Shown piece after piece: positions 24,600 through 37,770 of a stretch of 64,000 nt of DNA. The stretch spans positions 92,132,001-92,196,000 of the forward strand of contig CM060731.1 in assembly GCA_030704615.1 (NCBI GenBank). The letters run 5' to 3'. Source of the stretch: Takakia lepidozioides (taxonomy: Eukaryota; Plantae; Bryophyta). Position 1 is the stretch's first letter. The number at the start of each line of letters is the position of its first letter. The notes beneath the pieces are model-generated. The model had not been told where the DNA came from. It worked only from the letters and a program-made list of their open reading frames with translations, and made no database searches. Both the position numbers and the translations under genes were made by a program.

Positions 24600-24906
24600 T
24601 TAGTTTAGAGGGCGTCCGAAATCAGAAGGCACTCAATACCTGGCTCTTGGTAGTACTTCCGGGCGGCCAAGTTGAGTGACGAGGATCGGGTGGAAGTGGC
24701 TCCCACCTATTTGAGGGGTTATGCTCAACAATGGTGGCAGAAACGCCTTCACGACCAAGGTCCAGACCCAGAAGCCTTGAGCTGGAGTGGGTTCAAGGAA
24801 CTTATGAAGAGACAATTTGTGCCCCTCAATGCGTCTTGGCTCGCCCGGGACAAGATGAGGAATTTGAAGCAAACGGATGACATTCGGGGATATGTTCAGG
24901 CTTTGG
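24600..24906 (+). pseudogene. Gypsy gag fragment
   Basis: DRVEVAPTYLRGYAQQWW...SWSGFKELMKRQFVP...ARDKMRNLKQT, a retrotransposon gag pattern. Confidence 0.75.
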
Positions 24907-25007
24907 TCCGTACAGCAAAAGCGTCTCTACGTGCCAAAGGGAGGGATCAGAGATAGTCTCTTGAGAGAATGCCATGATGGCCCGCTTGCGGGCCACGGCA
25001 GAGCCAA

Positions 25008-25860
25008 TCAAAAGCATGCATCGCCTCCTCAAATTGCCGCTTCGGTGACACGTCGTCCCCATCGGGCTCACCAGGATCATCATCTTTTGGGCCGTTCCGC
25101 TTTGGCTTTGGCTTGCCCGACCCCATGATGAGGCCGATCTCAAGGACGATCGCGTACTGAACTCTAAGCTCTGATACCAAGTGTCGCGCACCCTCACTTC
25201 GTAAGCTCCCTTCAAGTCATAGTTACTCGCTTTGTTGCGCACGCCTAATTCCCAAACTGGCCGCCGGGCCAACTCGGAGCTTTGGCTGCTCACCGGGACA
25301 TAACGGTCCCCCTTTACTCCCACGAGACCCTCTCTCAATTTGGGCCAAGTGGAAATTCCTTTGGTCGATGGCAGTCCGGAACAGCTCCCCACGCCTTGGT
25401 CGCTTTCCGGCTCGCACGCTTACTCACTAGTTTTTTTGGTCACCAACGGGCTTGCACCGTTCTCGGGGTTACTACTCCTATATATACTTTCTGTGACTGT
25501 CCGCCGGGGGTTTCACAAACAACCCTGCCATTATATGGCGAACCACCACAAAAAACTCTCGACTCCCGGTGATGAGTCGCGAGGAGTCTTGGCCCACCCA
25601 CCACGGCCCCATTGGGCTGTGATGAGTCCCAAGACTCCCCACGACTCCCACCACAAGGTTTCCGCCCCATGGTGAGTCCTATGCCACCCCCACTAAGACC
25701 CACTAAGCTACCACCATCCCCACCGCAACCCGGTGTGCGGGGCTCCACCTAGTGAGCGCCTCCACCTCAGCCCCCGCATCTATTGTTGCTACTGCCCCCA
25801 CCACAGGGGCAGCCCCTCTTGTGTCCCGACCCCCTGCCCTCAAGACAAAGGGCTGCGACA
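25008..25860 (-). mobile_element. Antisense 5' end of a same-family Gypsy element: complete LTR (25182-25860), Met-tRNA PBS and gag start
   Basis: Reverse complement of LTR A; TGGTATCAGAGC at 25179-25168; gag ATG at 25126 (MGSGKPKPKRNG...). Confidence 0.88.
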
Positions 25861-28134
25861 CAAGATATGGTTCATATGAGATCCTGGTGATGCCTTTTGG
25901 GCTCACCAACGCACCCCGCGATCTTTAGCACGCTAATGAACAGCCTTTTCCAGGAGTGGTTGGATGACTTTGTGATCGTGTACATCGACGACATCTTGGT
26001 GTACTCGAAAACAAAGGAAGAACACTTGGAACAGCTCAAAAGGGTGTTCCAGAAATTGCGGGAAGGGAAGTTGTATGCCAAAGCTTCAAAATGCGAATTC
26101 GGGGTCACAAAAGTGGAGTTCCTAGGGCATGTGATTACACAGGATGGGATCAAAATGGATAACAGAAAGGTGAGGGCGATCTTGGACTGGGAGCCTCCGA
26201 CTTCGGTCCCGGGAGTATGATCCTTCCTAGGACTCGCCTCCTATTACCGAAAGTATGCGAGAAATTTCGCCAAGATCGCGGGGCCGCTGTCAGACCTTCT
26301 GTGTAAGTCCAAAGTATGGGTATGGAACACCTTTTGTGGCCAAGCTTTTGCCGAGTTGAAGCAGCGTATGGCGGAAGCTCCAGTCTTAAAAATCCTGGAG
26401 TTCGACCATCCATTTGAGATTCATACAGATGCGTCGGATTTTGCAATTGGGGGTGTACTCATGCAGGATGGACGTCCAGTGGCTTACGAAAGTAAGAAAC
26501 TGAATGAAGTGGAGCGACGGTGGCCTACACATGAGAAAAAAATGAAGGCGGTGGTGCATTGCCTTGAGCTTTGGCGCCACTATGTTGGTTCCAACCCGGT
26601 GAAGGTGTTCACGGACAATGTCACGGTGAAGTATTTTGCCATGCAGCCTAAGTTGTCCCCAAAACAACTTAGGTGACAAGACAGTTTGGCAGTGTTTGAC
26701 GTGGATATCCAGTACAAATCGGGGCGGGACAATGTGGTGGCCGATGCTTTAAGTAGAAAGCATCAGCTCATGTTGGTGTACAGGGGCGAGACGACGCTCC
26801 AAAGGAAGATCCGGAAGACTTACCGAAAGGATGAGATGACGAAGTCTGTAAAGCGGGACTTGAGGATGGGGGTTAAATTGCAGTTCCACTTGCAAAATGG
26901 ACTGGTTTGATACAAGCAAAAACGTCTCTACAAGCCGGGGGGATCAGAGATAGTCTCTTGAGAGAATGCCATGATGGCCCGCTTGCGGGCCACGGCAGAG
27001 CCAAGCGCACCGCGACACTCTGAAGAAAAAGCACTTCTGGCCCAAATTGAGGGAGGGGTCGAGGAGTATGTCAAGATATGTACCACATGCCAACAAAATC
27101 GGAGCGAGTACAAAAAGCAAGCGGGGCTGTTACAACCCTTGACGATTCCAGAGGGGTCTTCGGAAAGTGTCTCGATGGATTTCATGACTGCTATGCCGCT
27201 GTCAAAAGGATTCGATGCAATCATGGTGGTGGTGGATATGTTCAGTAAAATGGGCCATTTCATTCCCACCAAGGAGACGGCAACAGTGCAGGAGACGAGG
27301 CGACTTTATTTCGCCCACGTCTTCAAGCATCATGGACTTCCGAAGGATATTGTCTCGGACCGCGATCCAAAGTTTACAAGTAAATTTTGGAGGGCACTTT
27401 GGAAGAAAATGGGGACGAGGCTCAAGATGAGCACCGCCTTCCGACCTACAACGGACGGTCAAATGGAAAGAGTGAATTCCGTGGTCAACGACGCAATGGC
27501 GTGAGCGTTGCACGTGAGCGCGCGAGCGTACGCTCACGCAGGAGTGACGTGGCGTGAGCGTACGCTCACGCCAGCTGACGTGGCGTGAGCCTGCACACAT
27601 GCTGACGTGGCGTGAGCGTCATGTCAGCATGCTGATGTGGCGGTAAATGATGACGTGGCACTGTCCGTCAACTGCCACGTCAGCATTAACATGCGCCGCC
27701 TATAACCGTGGATGGTCCTATGACCGTGGAATTAATGCAGGGAATCTTGCCTAAATAGAATCAAGACGAGCGTTGAGGCCTACAATTGCAGCATCCAACA
27801 TTGTGCAATTACAAATGTTTGTTTCACTTTTACAATTACGAAGACGACAAAATATCCTCACAAAGTGTGCGCCATAAAGGCTGCCACGAGAAGACTTCTC
27901 CCTCCTCAAATAACAATGAGAGTTATGATCATCTTCAAAAGATGATTGTAGTGCATAGCGACAGCAAGACATGTAGACTTCGAACGGTGCAATGACAAAT
28001 GTGCACTACCTAAAAGTTGTCACTCAGACCTCACTCCGTATAGTTGGAGGCCATATCATTGCACAGCCGACGAATTGATGTGAATTACACATTTCAAATC
28101 ATGGTCATCCACATACCACATTACATAGTTCATG

Positions 28135-31100
28135 CTACCCATGTGTTGTATCCCGCTGCAAAAGAGTATCGACCTCGTTGAAACTCATAGTGGCCTGGTG
28201 AATGAAGTTGTCACGTTTGGGATCGCAAACCATCCTCCTCAAAAATATGAAATACAAATGTTTGCAGGGTATGAATTTACCTCTCTTGCCCAAACTGGTT
28301 GATAGCATATTCACAAAATCAGGACATGTGCAATTGGGGAAATTGGAAACCGTGATGTCGTAGGTCCTGTCATGAACAGCAGATGTGGAAGTGATGATTG
28401 TGAATACCCGACCATATCCTGGATCGGGTACTTCCGTGGTGCTTCCGACACGAGCTTGGAGCATCTTGCGGACTCCACTTTGCCAAAGTGTTCAGCGGTT
28501 GGAGGGAAACGCCGAACGAGCTTTCCATCTCGTTTGGTTGGCCACAAGTCAGGATTTGCCGGGGGGACCCGGGAGGACGCAGGAATAGTAGCACATGCAT
28601 GGAGTTGGGGTTGTCTCGCAAGGGAAAAACCTGCCTCCTCCAGCATTTCAATCTCCTGAAAGCTGAGATGTGTTCCCACCTTCACGGGCCAAACGGTTGG
28701 AGGAGATGGCTTCATCACTACGGAAGGACGCACAGTTCCATGCACACATCTGGCACAATCATCTGCGCAGAACCAGAACTTGTGGTTCTTGGCTTCTGGT
28801 TGACCGTATGGACGCATCAAGCCCGTGAAAGTCGGAGCAGGAGTTCGGGCACCACCTCTGGATATAGATGAAGTGCACTTCTCGAAATTAGTTGCCCTGA
28901 TCGCTGTACATTTCACACGAGACCCGACACTTGTGCGTTCTATGTGCCAAACGTGGTCGGGGCATGCGGACTCAAGCACATCAAGGGGGTTGTTTCTCTC
29001 CTGCACCATTTCAGTGGCACGGTTTGATGCTGGAGCTTGCCGTCGTGTTGGAGGTTCCTCCACAATGGAGGTTCCGGACACGGAGCTGTCATGCAGGGGA
29101 ACACGAGGCTTCGAGAAGTTATCACGGTCTGCCCTGTGGGAATCTGAATCCGAACCAGGTGGAGTGTTCAATTTCCTCTTACAGGAGCCGAATCTCTCCT
29201 CCCCTTCAAGATGTGGAACTCTAGAAACAAGTGGCGTTCCCTGGGCATACATGCTCACCGCCCGTGCTATCTTGATTGGATCCCCAGATCTGTTTGCAGC
29301 ACGCAACATCAACTCCGATTTGTCCGGACCCTTGCCACCAACCCCACCTCGTAAGAAATCACGGTATCGGGTTTGTTGTTGCAAGGCACGTATCAAATCA
29401 TCTGTTGTTGCCACATACAAATCCCGACCTCGTTTCCCAGACTGCTGCAACCATGCATTGTGCACAGTTTCTGCCAAATTGCAAGATGGCATGTCTGCCA
29501 TTTCCTCAATGGACATGTTCTGCAAAGAGGATAACCACACTTCAGAATAGTGCACAGGAAACAACATAAAGAAAGCAATGAGTCAAAAATATGGAAAGCA
29601 AATGTATGAATAAAGCATGAAATAGAAGCCTCGTACCATTGTCATGGCTGCTCCCCACTGTCTATACCGGAAGTGCCAAAACGCCAGCCAATCTTCCAAT
29701 GCTCTCATACTCTCAAGTGATGCAGCTCCAGAAGAGAACCACCAGGCACGAATTGTCTGGAACAAAGTGTCCGCCTCCTTCATTGTTCTAGCATCTTTGT
29801 ACTCTTTGCACAATTTACGGTGCTGAGTCTGCATCTCTGGTTTGATGTGTCCGACTTTGTATGTTTTTCCAGAGATTGTGTCCAATGGAATAGACATGTA
29901 CGCTCTCTTCCTGGCATAGGCACTTTTGGGTCGCCCGATCCGAAGACAATACGAATAGCATTGAAATTTGCTTGAGCACTATCCGCCATGAAACCTGCGA
30001 AATTTGGAGATGGCAGCCCATGGCAGCCCATGACACGTATCAGGGAATTCCACATGAGCTTCTGGGATTCCGTATCCTCGGATTGCATGTCACAAACTGC
30101 AATTGTCATAACTCGTTGGTACACTGGATCGTAGACATGACAAGCCATTGTCGTCCAATCCTTCACTCGTTTCACATGATCAAACATAAGAAAACAGTTC
30201 TGCAAGTCCCCAGTCTTCTGCATCCGCTTCACGAGGCTAACCCCACTGCCCTCCCCAACAGTCGACATTTTGAAAAGAAAAACTTTGATGGCACCTTGAC
30301 CTGGGAATACATTGTCCTGGATGTAATCGTACTTGCTCAGTCGTTTCAATTCCAAAATATTGTCTATGTAGCCTCTGATCCCAGAGCCCATTCTCAATGC
30401 ATTGATCTGATGCCGAATGTTAGGTGAACTTAAAGTGGAGAAATGATCCATGACCAGGTCCAATGCTGCACCGTCAAGTTTAGTCCCCACAGAATCTCCT
30501 TCACTCAAAATATGGCTTTCCAAGAAGGACTTGCTTGCGCCAAGAGCAATTGCAGATGTTGTTGCGGATGGGTTTCTCCCGAACTCCTGTTTGATCAACC
30601 TCGATACTGTCTCAACACTCTCCCTGTAATCCCCCTTCGAGACAGGATGGTTATGGAATCCAAAATGCACACAAGCTCTCGTCATTGTATTCAAACGGTG
30701 GACAACATAGTACATTCTTGCTCCGCAGAGCGCCAAGCAGGATGGCACAAGTTTGCAGAATTTGCAGACGAAAGTGTTTGCCGGTGGAGGGGCAGTCCCA
30801 GGCTGAAATGGATTTTCCGCCAGACCCTCCCATTCGCTTTGATTATGAACTCCAGACTGAAGAAAGTGTCTGCAATTCAAATTATCACACCTAAGGTGTC
30901 CATTGCAAACTGTCCTCCTGAAAACAAGCTTGTCATCATTCTGAATATTGGATGTTTTTGTTCTGCACCACGGGGTGCCCGTCGTGTTTCTTGTCCATTC
31001 CATGCATCATGATTGTTACACCTCCAACTCGCGGAGGAGGAGGCAGCTCGAATAGGATATCGCCATCAAAAGTCTCCGGCAAGAACTTCACAGGCACCTG

Positions 31101-31636
31101 CTTCAAAGATTCCCAATCAATTCCCCGCAACTCACTTTTGAATCCAGCCATTCCTCCCATCGCCCGCAATTTTGGAATGACACTACAAATCTCTTCTTCA
31201 TCAGCTTCTGCAACCACAGTAGGAAGGACTGGATTTGGAATTTCACTTATGTCATCATCGGAAGAATCCGAAAGCTCAACGATTGGAGTGGAGGAAGTCT
31301 GTTCTTTTTTCACCACCACCCGTCTGTCAACGACGTCCCGGGCGTCACATATGACCCAAGGGACTTTCGCCGAGGCTCTCCAAGTACTCTGTATCGACCA
31401 GGACGCACTCTCCACTGGCTGATATGAGCCGTCTCATCACGGTTTTGGAAAGAATATTTCACCAACTTCCCTTTCAGATCGTAAACCTCTTTCTCCAAAA
31501 AGATGGAGCCATTCTGCAGCTGAAAACGGGTAGCCAAGACATGTTCCAGAACAATTGCAAATCCATTGTCAAGGACTTCCTGGGAGAACGGCACTGGTTT
31601 GTCGTCTGAGAAGAACTCCGCTTCAGAGGAAGCCAT
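28135..31636 (-). CDS. MULE transposase, copy 2 (intron 29520-29636)
   Basis: Same GCM-like, DDE/CxxH and SWIM motifs as copy 1; ORF pieces 29780-31003, 28311-29567, 28135-28464. Confidence 0.88.
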
Positions 31637-32474
31637 CTTCCTTCCTCGAGTATGTTTGTACCTTGCTATCGCAGATCTAGTGTAAATCGGTTTACTGCTG
31701 TCTCCAGAACACAGTTGAAGAATGAGCAGAGCATATGGCGGAGGAAGCTCAGATAACGACTGTGCATATTCTGTTATTCCAGCAGCCGTCCATTTTAATT
31801 ACTTTTCTTGTGGGCCCAGTGGTCAGAGAATCCATAGGGGCAGTGTCGGCAACTGTTAAACCGTTAATCAGAACCTCATCAATAAACCCAATAACAAAGC
31901 CGACTTCCTGGAAGCATGCCACAGGATCCGAGAATGGGATTGCAGATTAAGTAAATGTATCTATATACTACCAATGATCATGCGCACCTGGAAAGTTCCA
32001 AATGTGCAACGAATGTGGGTTGGATAACAAGGATGACCGTGTATGATATTCCAAAATTTGTCATCAAACTCTCGTTCATTTATATTTATTTGTTTAAAGC
32101 GCATCAATTTCTGGGATTCGCTGTTCTTTTTAAATATTGAACCCGTTATAATTTAGAACACGCCGTTTTGTTTTGGGCGGCACACGTCAGACATCCATAA
32201 CTGAATACGAACAGCTGTACACCAATTGCTGGCATGTGCACTAATAACGAAACGACTATGTGTAACGGTCACGCGGGAGGGAATCCGATGCTTCTAGAGA
32301 CACGCAAGAACACAGGCAATCCCGCAAGAAATCGGGAGTCACTGCGTTTTTCTACTTTTCGCGCTTAGAGGGAGAGTGGTAGTCAAGCTGGAGAGGGTTC
32401 CTTCTAGAATACGAAAGAGAAGAAAGTCTCTTTATTTTACTTCCCTTAGAGAGAGACGCAGAGCAAGAGAGAAA

Positions 32475-35400
32475 ATGACGAGGCGTCGTTTGTTGGAGAA
32501 CACAGGGCCAAGGCAGCAGGTGAACGCGGAGACTGATTCACAAGAGCAGACGGAGACTGAGGCAGCGGCTGCGACACAGTCGGCGATAAGAGTGCGCCAG
32601 CCTGTGGAGGCAGAGATGAATCGCAGGGACACTGAAGAGGTGGAAGCACGCGGAACGCCGAACCTGAAGAAGGTCAAGAAACCCTTGCGCAGACAGAAAC
32701 TCCAGCAGATGTGAGAGGGAAGAGGAAAGCTGCAGAAGGGGATCAAAGTTCAAAACCTAAGAAGGTGCCAGTAAGTTTTATCATATAGTCTGTTGATTGC
32801 CTTTCAAGGAGTCCTTCCTCTTCCATTCTTAGCAGGAACTACTGAATCGCGAGCGTCGTTAACGCCATTCGATTCTGCTCATGAGATTTATGTACCTATG
32901 TGTTTGAAGAGAGAGTCTGCACTTACTATTCGCCCTAAACTACACTGAATGTCGTTGCCGCCAATCAGTTGCACATGTATGTCATTACACAACACCGATC
33001 CGGCAGGTTGTTATCTTTTGTGATTGTCGTTAACGCCGTTCGCTATTGCTCTCTCTTTTTGTTTTGAATACGGCAGTCTCGGCTTTGTGTGGATTGTGCT
33101 GAATTCTTTCACACCATTCATGGTGAGTTTCCTTGATACAGAGTGATGTCGTTACCGCCATTCACTATTTGCAAATTACTCAGAACTGAATGGCATCGTG
33201 CAGAAAACTGTGAGGTCGAAGCCTACAGGATCAGAGGGAAAGGATCTGGAGATGGGGACGAGTCCGCAAAAAAGCTCAGAGAATACAGATGAAGCAGATG
33301 AATCCGAAGTGCACTACCTTGACAAGGTGAAAGAACTCATGTCATTCCAGAAGGTAAACTCTCAGGAGGTTATAAGGGACATGCTCGTATCTGGAGGGCG
33401 TCTGGACATACCTCTGTGCCGGATGATATATCAATGCCTGTTGTGCGTCCACCTCTTTCCCATGACATAACAAAATTGGAGAGTGATTTTGTGCATGGAT
33501 ATAGACTTGGTGCACAAGTTTTTTATGTGTCACTGACGGATATAAATGGGAAAAGCACATTAGTTTCTCCAGAGATCAGTGATAACTGGGATGAGTGCTG
33601 GAAAGATGCCAATGAGGAGTTCGAGCTGGGCCTCATGATGGGAAAGAACACCCAGCAATTTTGCAACCACATGTTCTACGTCTGGGACGGCAACCACCGA
33701 TTGCTGCATGGATGGGATACATTCAGAAACACCATTCGAAAGACAAAGACAAGCATGTTGCTGTGGAGGCAATGGTTTTGGATCCAGGAAACGACATCGC
33801 TAGGCTTCTTACAGCTATGCACGACGTGAACAAGTAAGTCATCCAGGAGATTTGATTCCCTCTGTAGTGTCTTGTTGATCCTCAAAAAACAGTGTTAAGG
33901 AATGCAATGTTTTCAATGTTTTGCAGATCGACAGAGAAATCGCATGTGACAACAAGCTTGGTTCACACACTATTCCGAATTCAGAGGATTGGTCTGATGA
34001 AGCTGGATGATTTTCGGACAGTACTACCACCCAATATCATCAAGAAGTGCGAAACAGGAAGAGCTGCAGGCACTTGGTATTCTTTGACACGAGAGGCGTT
34101 CTGGAGTACATGTATGCGGTAAGCCCGAGTCTGTACTCTGTTTACTTTTCGAATACATGTTTAGAGTCCCTTCGGAGCTAATCACTACTTGAATGAATGC
34201 AGCAAGAACTGGCAGAGGCAGCTGAGAAGGGAAAATCCGAATATTACCGCACTACTACACCAGAGGAACTAAAACATCAAAGGGTGTGGAAGCTGCATAA
34301 AGAAGGAGTTTGAGATGCGAAGAACCAAATTGATGTCAGCCTTCGGAAAGCAGCTTAGAATAGTAGATCCTGGACTTGGTCCTGAGTTCCTTCAGCAGAT
34401 CAAAACACACTATGACAAGCATGTGCATCCGGAGATGCAGCAGGAGAAATTGCACCGGCTGGCCATATCGATGGTCGACCCACAAACAAAATAAGGTGGC
34501 TGGAGATATGGAACTCAGATCAAACAGTAAAGGACTTGAATCAGTTCCCAAAGAGCACCATACAGCCTGGCACAAAGGTGGAAGGAATCAGTGATTTGGT
34601 GTTTGATAACTGGCTCCACAAGGCTACATTTTGGAGTCAGGTGTGTATTCGAACATGCTGTTTCTTATCTTCAAGTATGTGATGTGTTTTCTTTTTTGCA
34701 ATTCTGACAAATATACTATTTGCAGCTCGAAAAGCGCGCCGTCATTGTGCTGGATCAGACTTTGAAGGACCTGAACATTGCGATTGTTTCCCCCTCCCAA
34801 ATGTCATTGGAGGCATACATAAGGAAGTGGAGAGGTCTCACCTGGAGATACTGTTTTTTCGGGAGTTCTCCAAAGATGGTAACATTTTACGGTCCAACGA
34901 CTTTGACAGTCAGGTTGGAGGAGAGTGGGCCATGATGCGAGTTGTGTACAGGTGAAATGTCATACTTGAAACTCTACTGTTTTTTTGGGAAAAATTGTGG
35001 CTTCATATGGATTGCAATCTTAGATCCAGATTGAATGTCGTTGACGACATTCACTTCTTTGTCTGAGTCATTCTTAAGCGAGTATATGAATTCACCTGGT
35101 TAGGATCTAAGGGTGCAATTATATTGTCCCTGATTAGAATTGATAATGTCCTTGAATGGCGTTGACGACATTCACATACGGAGTTGTTGTGTGGTCCCTC
35201 AAGGTTATTTAAATTTTTTGTAATGTCCATAGAGGATTACAATGAGGGTTGATCACTTCATTTTGCTGAATGTCAATGCAGACATTCAGTTGTTCTGCAT
35301 TGTTTTTTCTCTTGCGATGAATATGGAGGCTTCATAAGCTCTGTTTTAAGAAATCCAAAGTGAATGTCGTTGACGACATTCACAGCTGTGTCTGTATTAT

Positions 35401-37770
35401 TAAAAAACGACAAATTCAATTTTCATGGATTGGGGAGCTAAGTAATTGGTTTCTTTTTTGTATTTTTGTGAATGGCGTTGACGCCATTCACATACAGTGA
35501 TGTTGTGAGGTCCTCAGTGATAGGTTCGTTATGAATGTGCATTGAGTTTTCCTGGATGGTTCCTTACTCAATTTTTTTATTTCCACCTGTGATTTTGCTT
35601 CATTTCAGTAATAATTTGGCTTCATTCTTGAATGTCGTTGACGACATTCACTTCTATGTCTGTGTCATTTCTAATCGCATATTTGCATTCACCTGGATTA
35701 GGATGTATTTACAGTGTCATGGAATGGAATGTTCTGAATGGCGTTGACGACATTCATATCTGGAGCAGTAGTGTGGTTTTGAAAGGTCCTTGGAGCAGTT
35801 GTCAGAGCCATTTCAATCCATGTTTTATTCTTTCTGTTCTACTTGCATCTTTCTCACTGAGCGCTTTTGTGGGTTGGGATTCATCTCCTTTTTTCAGGTA
35901 CACGAAATATGTGCTTATGGAAGGAAATCACCTGAGCGGAATTCCCGACTATCTTGACATGTGGTCGGACCCTGCAAACGATCCAACCATGTATACTGCA
36001 GGGATATTGAAGGACTGGAGTCCTTCTCACTTCAGAGACTGTGGGTGGTACCTTGACTGCCCACCTGAGCACACGACCTTTCAAGAACAGCATATGAAAT
36101 ACTTGAACAATAACGCTGAGATGCTGGCGCCTTTGACTGACGAAGAGTATCAACGAAACATAGCAACCTTGGCTGCCAAGGAGCCTGATGCTCAGGGAAC
36201 GCCGCAGAAGGGAAAGAAGGCGGGCCGCAAACCAAAAGACAAGGCTGTTGATGTCATAGCCATCTCACCAGCAAAGCCAAAGGACAAAGACAAGTCCAAA
36301 GAGAAGGAAAAGGACAAGGGGAAGGAGAATGAAAAGGAGATGGAGAGTGGGCAGGACTTTAGTGCTGGAAGATATACCCGCACTCTTCAGTGCGTGTTCG
36401 ATGCCAAGCCACACCCTTCCCGTTCTGATTCAGCAGGAGAGATGAAAATTGTTAATGAGGGTTGGCTTTCGATGATGCAGAGTCGAAAGAGAGGATACAC
36501 TGGGGTGCCATCCCCTACCTGGGACAATATAATCTCATTCCTCAATCTGGTGAGAATTCCACTTTCTTTCCTTTTTCTCTGAATGTTTCGTTGGCAGTAT
36601 TTCAGTCTCGTTCTTTGAAAACATTCTTGCCATCGTTCTTATAAAAAACATGTCTGTTGCAGGTGAGCACAGGTCCCACCTTCGTGTGCGGTGTGCAGAA
36701 AACTTATGCGGCCGACATTGTCATTCTCGACATCCCGGATGGCCAGGCTGTGCCAGAAGTTCTTCCAAAGGGCAAGACGCCAGGGTGGAACAAATTCGAG
36801 GACAACTACTGGAGTTGGGTATTCGGGTTCTGTAACAATTTCCTCTCTGATGCAGGGACACTTCTGCTTTTTCAGTCATGTGACAATGATAGTCGTCGGG
36901 CATTGGCATCATACCTCAAGTCTTCAGGGTTTGAAGTTTTGCGCACATGGAATTGTGTGAACAGCCTCTACCTTGTGAAAGGGGGTTTCCCTGGTCAGCT
37001 GGTATGCCGTCTGCCTTCTGCTTATGCTTTGATCATGAGTTTCAATTTTCTCTGCAGCTCCACTCTAGTAGAATGTTTTATGATCGACACCGATCATCAA
37101 CGATTCATGGTTTTTTGGTGTCAGAGTTCTGAATAGCCGATGTACACACTTCCACTTTAGATTGTGTTTACCACACTAACCTGCTATCTTTGGCAGACGA
37201 GGATGTTCGAGGCGATCTGCCTGCGGAGGATTCGCACATCAAAGACACCATCCTCCATCCGCAGCTTTGAGATTTCTGACCAGGGTTGTTTCGTCAACCC
37301 CCCCTATGAGCCCCATGTCGATGACATTTTGTACAACTTCATGCAGTCCAGTCAGACTCTGAAGAGACCAGATGGCACTCCCTGGAGAGGTGCAAAGGAA
37401 AAGTCACCAGCATTCATGCAAATACTGCTGGAGTCATGCAGCCACCGCTCTGCACGGGTGGTCGATCTTTCTGTGTCCACAGGTTCGTTTTCTCCCTTCC
37501 GAATTGGTTTCCTTTCAACAGTTTCATCTGCTTAAATCCCCTCCTCCAAACTGTTATGTTCTCCTGTCTGGTGCAGGAGCAACTTACCACGCATGCAAGG
37601 CAGGCGGAAGAAGCCTTTTTGGTATGGAGGGTGATTCTGACCTCTACAACACAGTGCTCCTCCCCCTTTTGTCTGGCTCCACTTCAGGCACACAGACTGA
37701 TCGGATTCATATTCGAAATGATGACGATCCCGAAGATAAGCAGGTCGACAACGACTTTTCATGTGAGTAA
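32475..37770 (+). CDS. ParB/Srx-like + beta-class DNA methyltransferase-like gene, copy 2
   Basis: HMFYVWDGNHRLL (~33670), ADIVILDIPDG (~36712), CSHRSARVVDLSVST|GATYHACKAGGRSLFGMEGD, ending DFSCE*. Confidence 0.72.
35032..35756. repeat. Array of seven 22-bp palindromes in intron 5, copy 2
   Basis: Starts at 35032, 35153, 35267, 35361, 35469, 35629, 35735; palindromes identical to those in copy 1. Confidence 0.92.
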
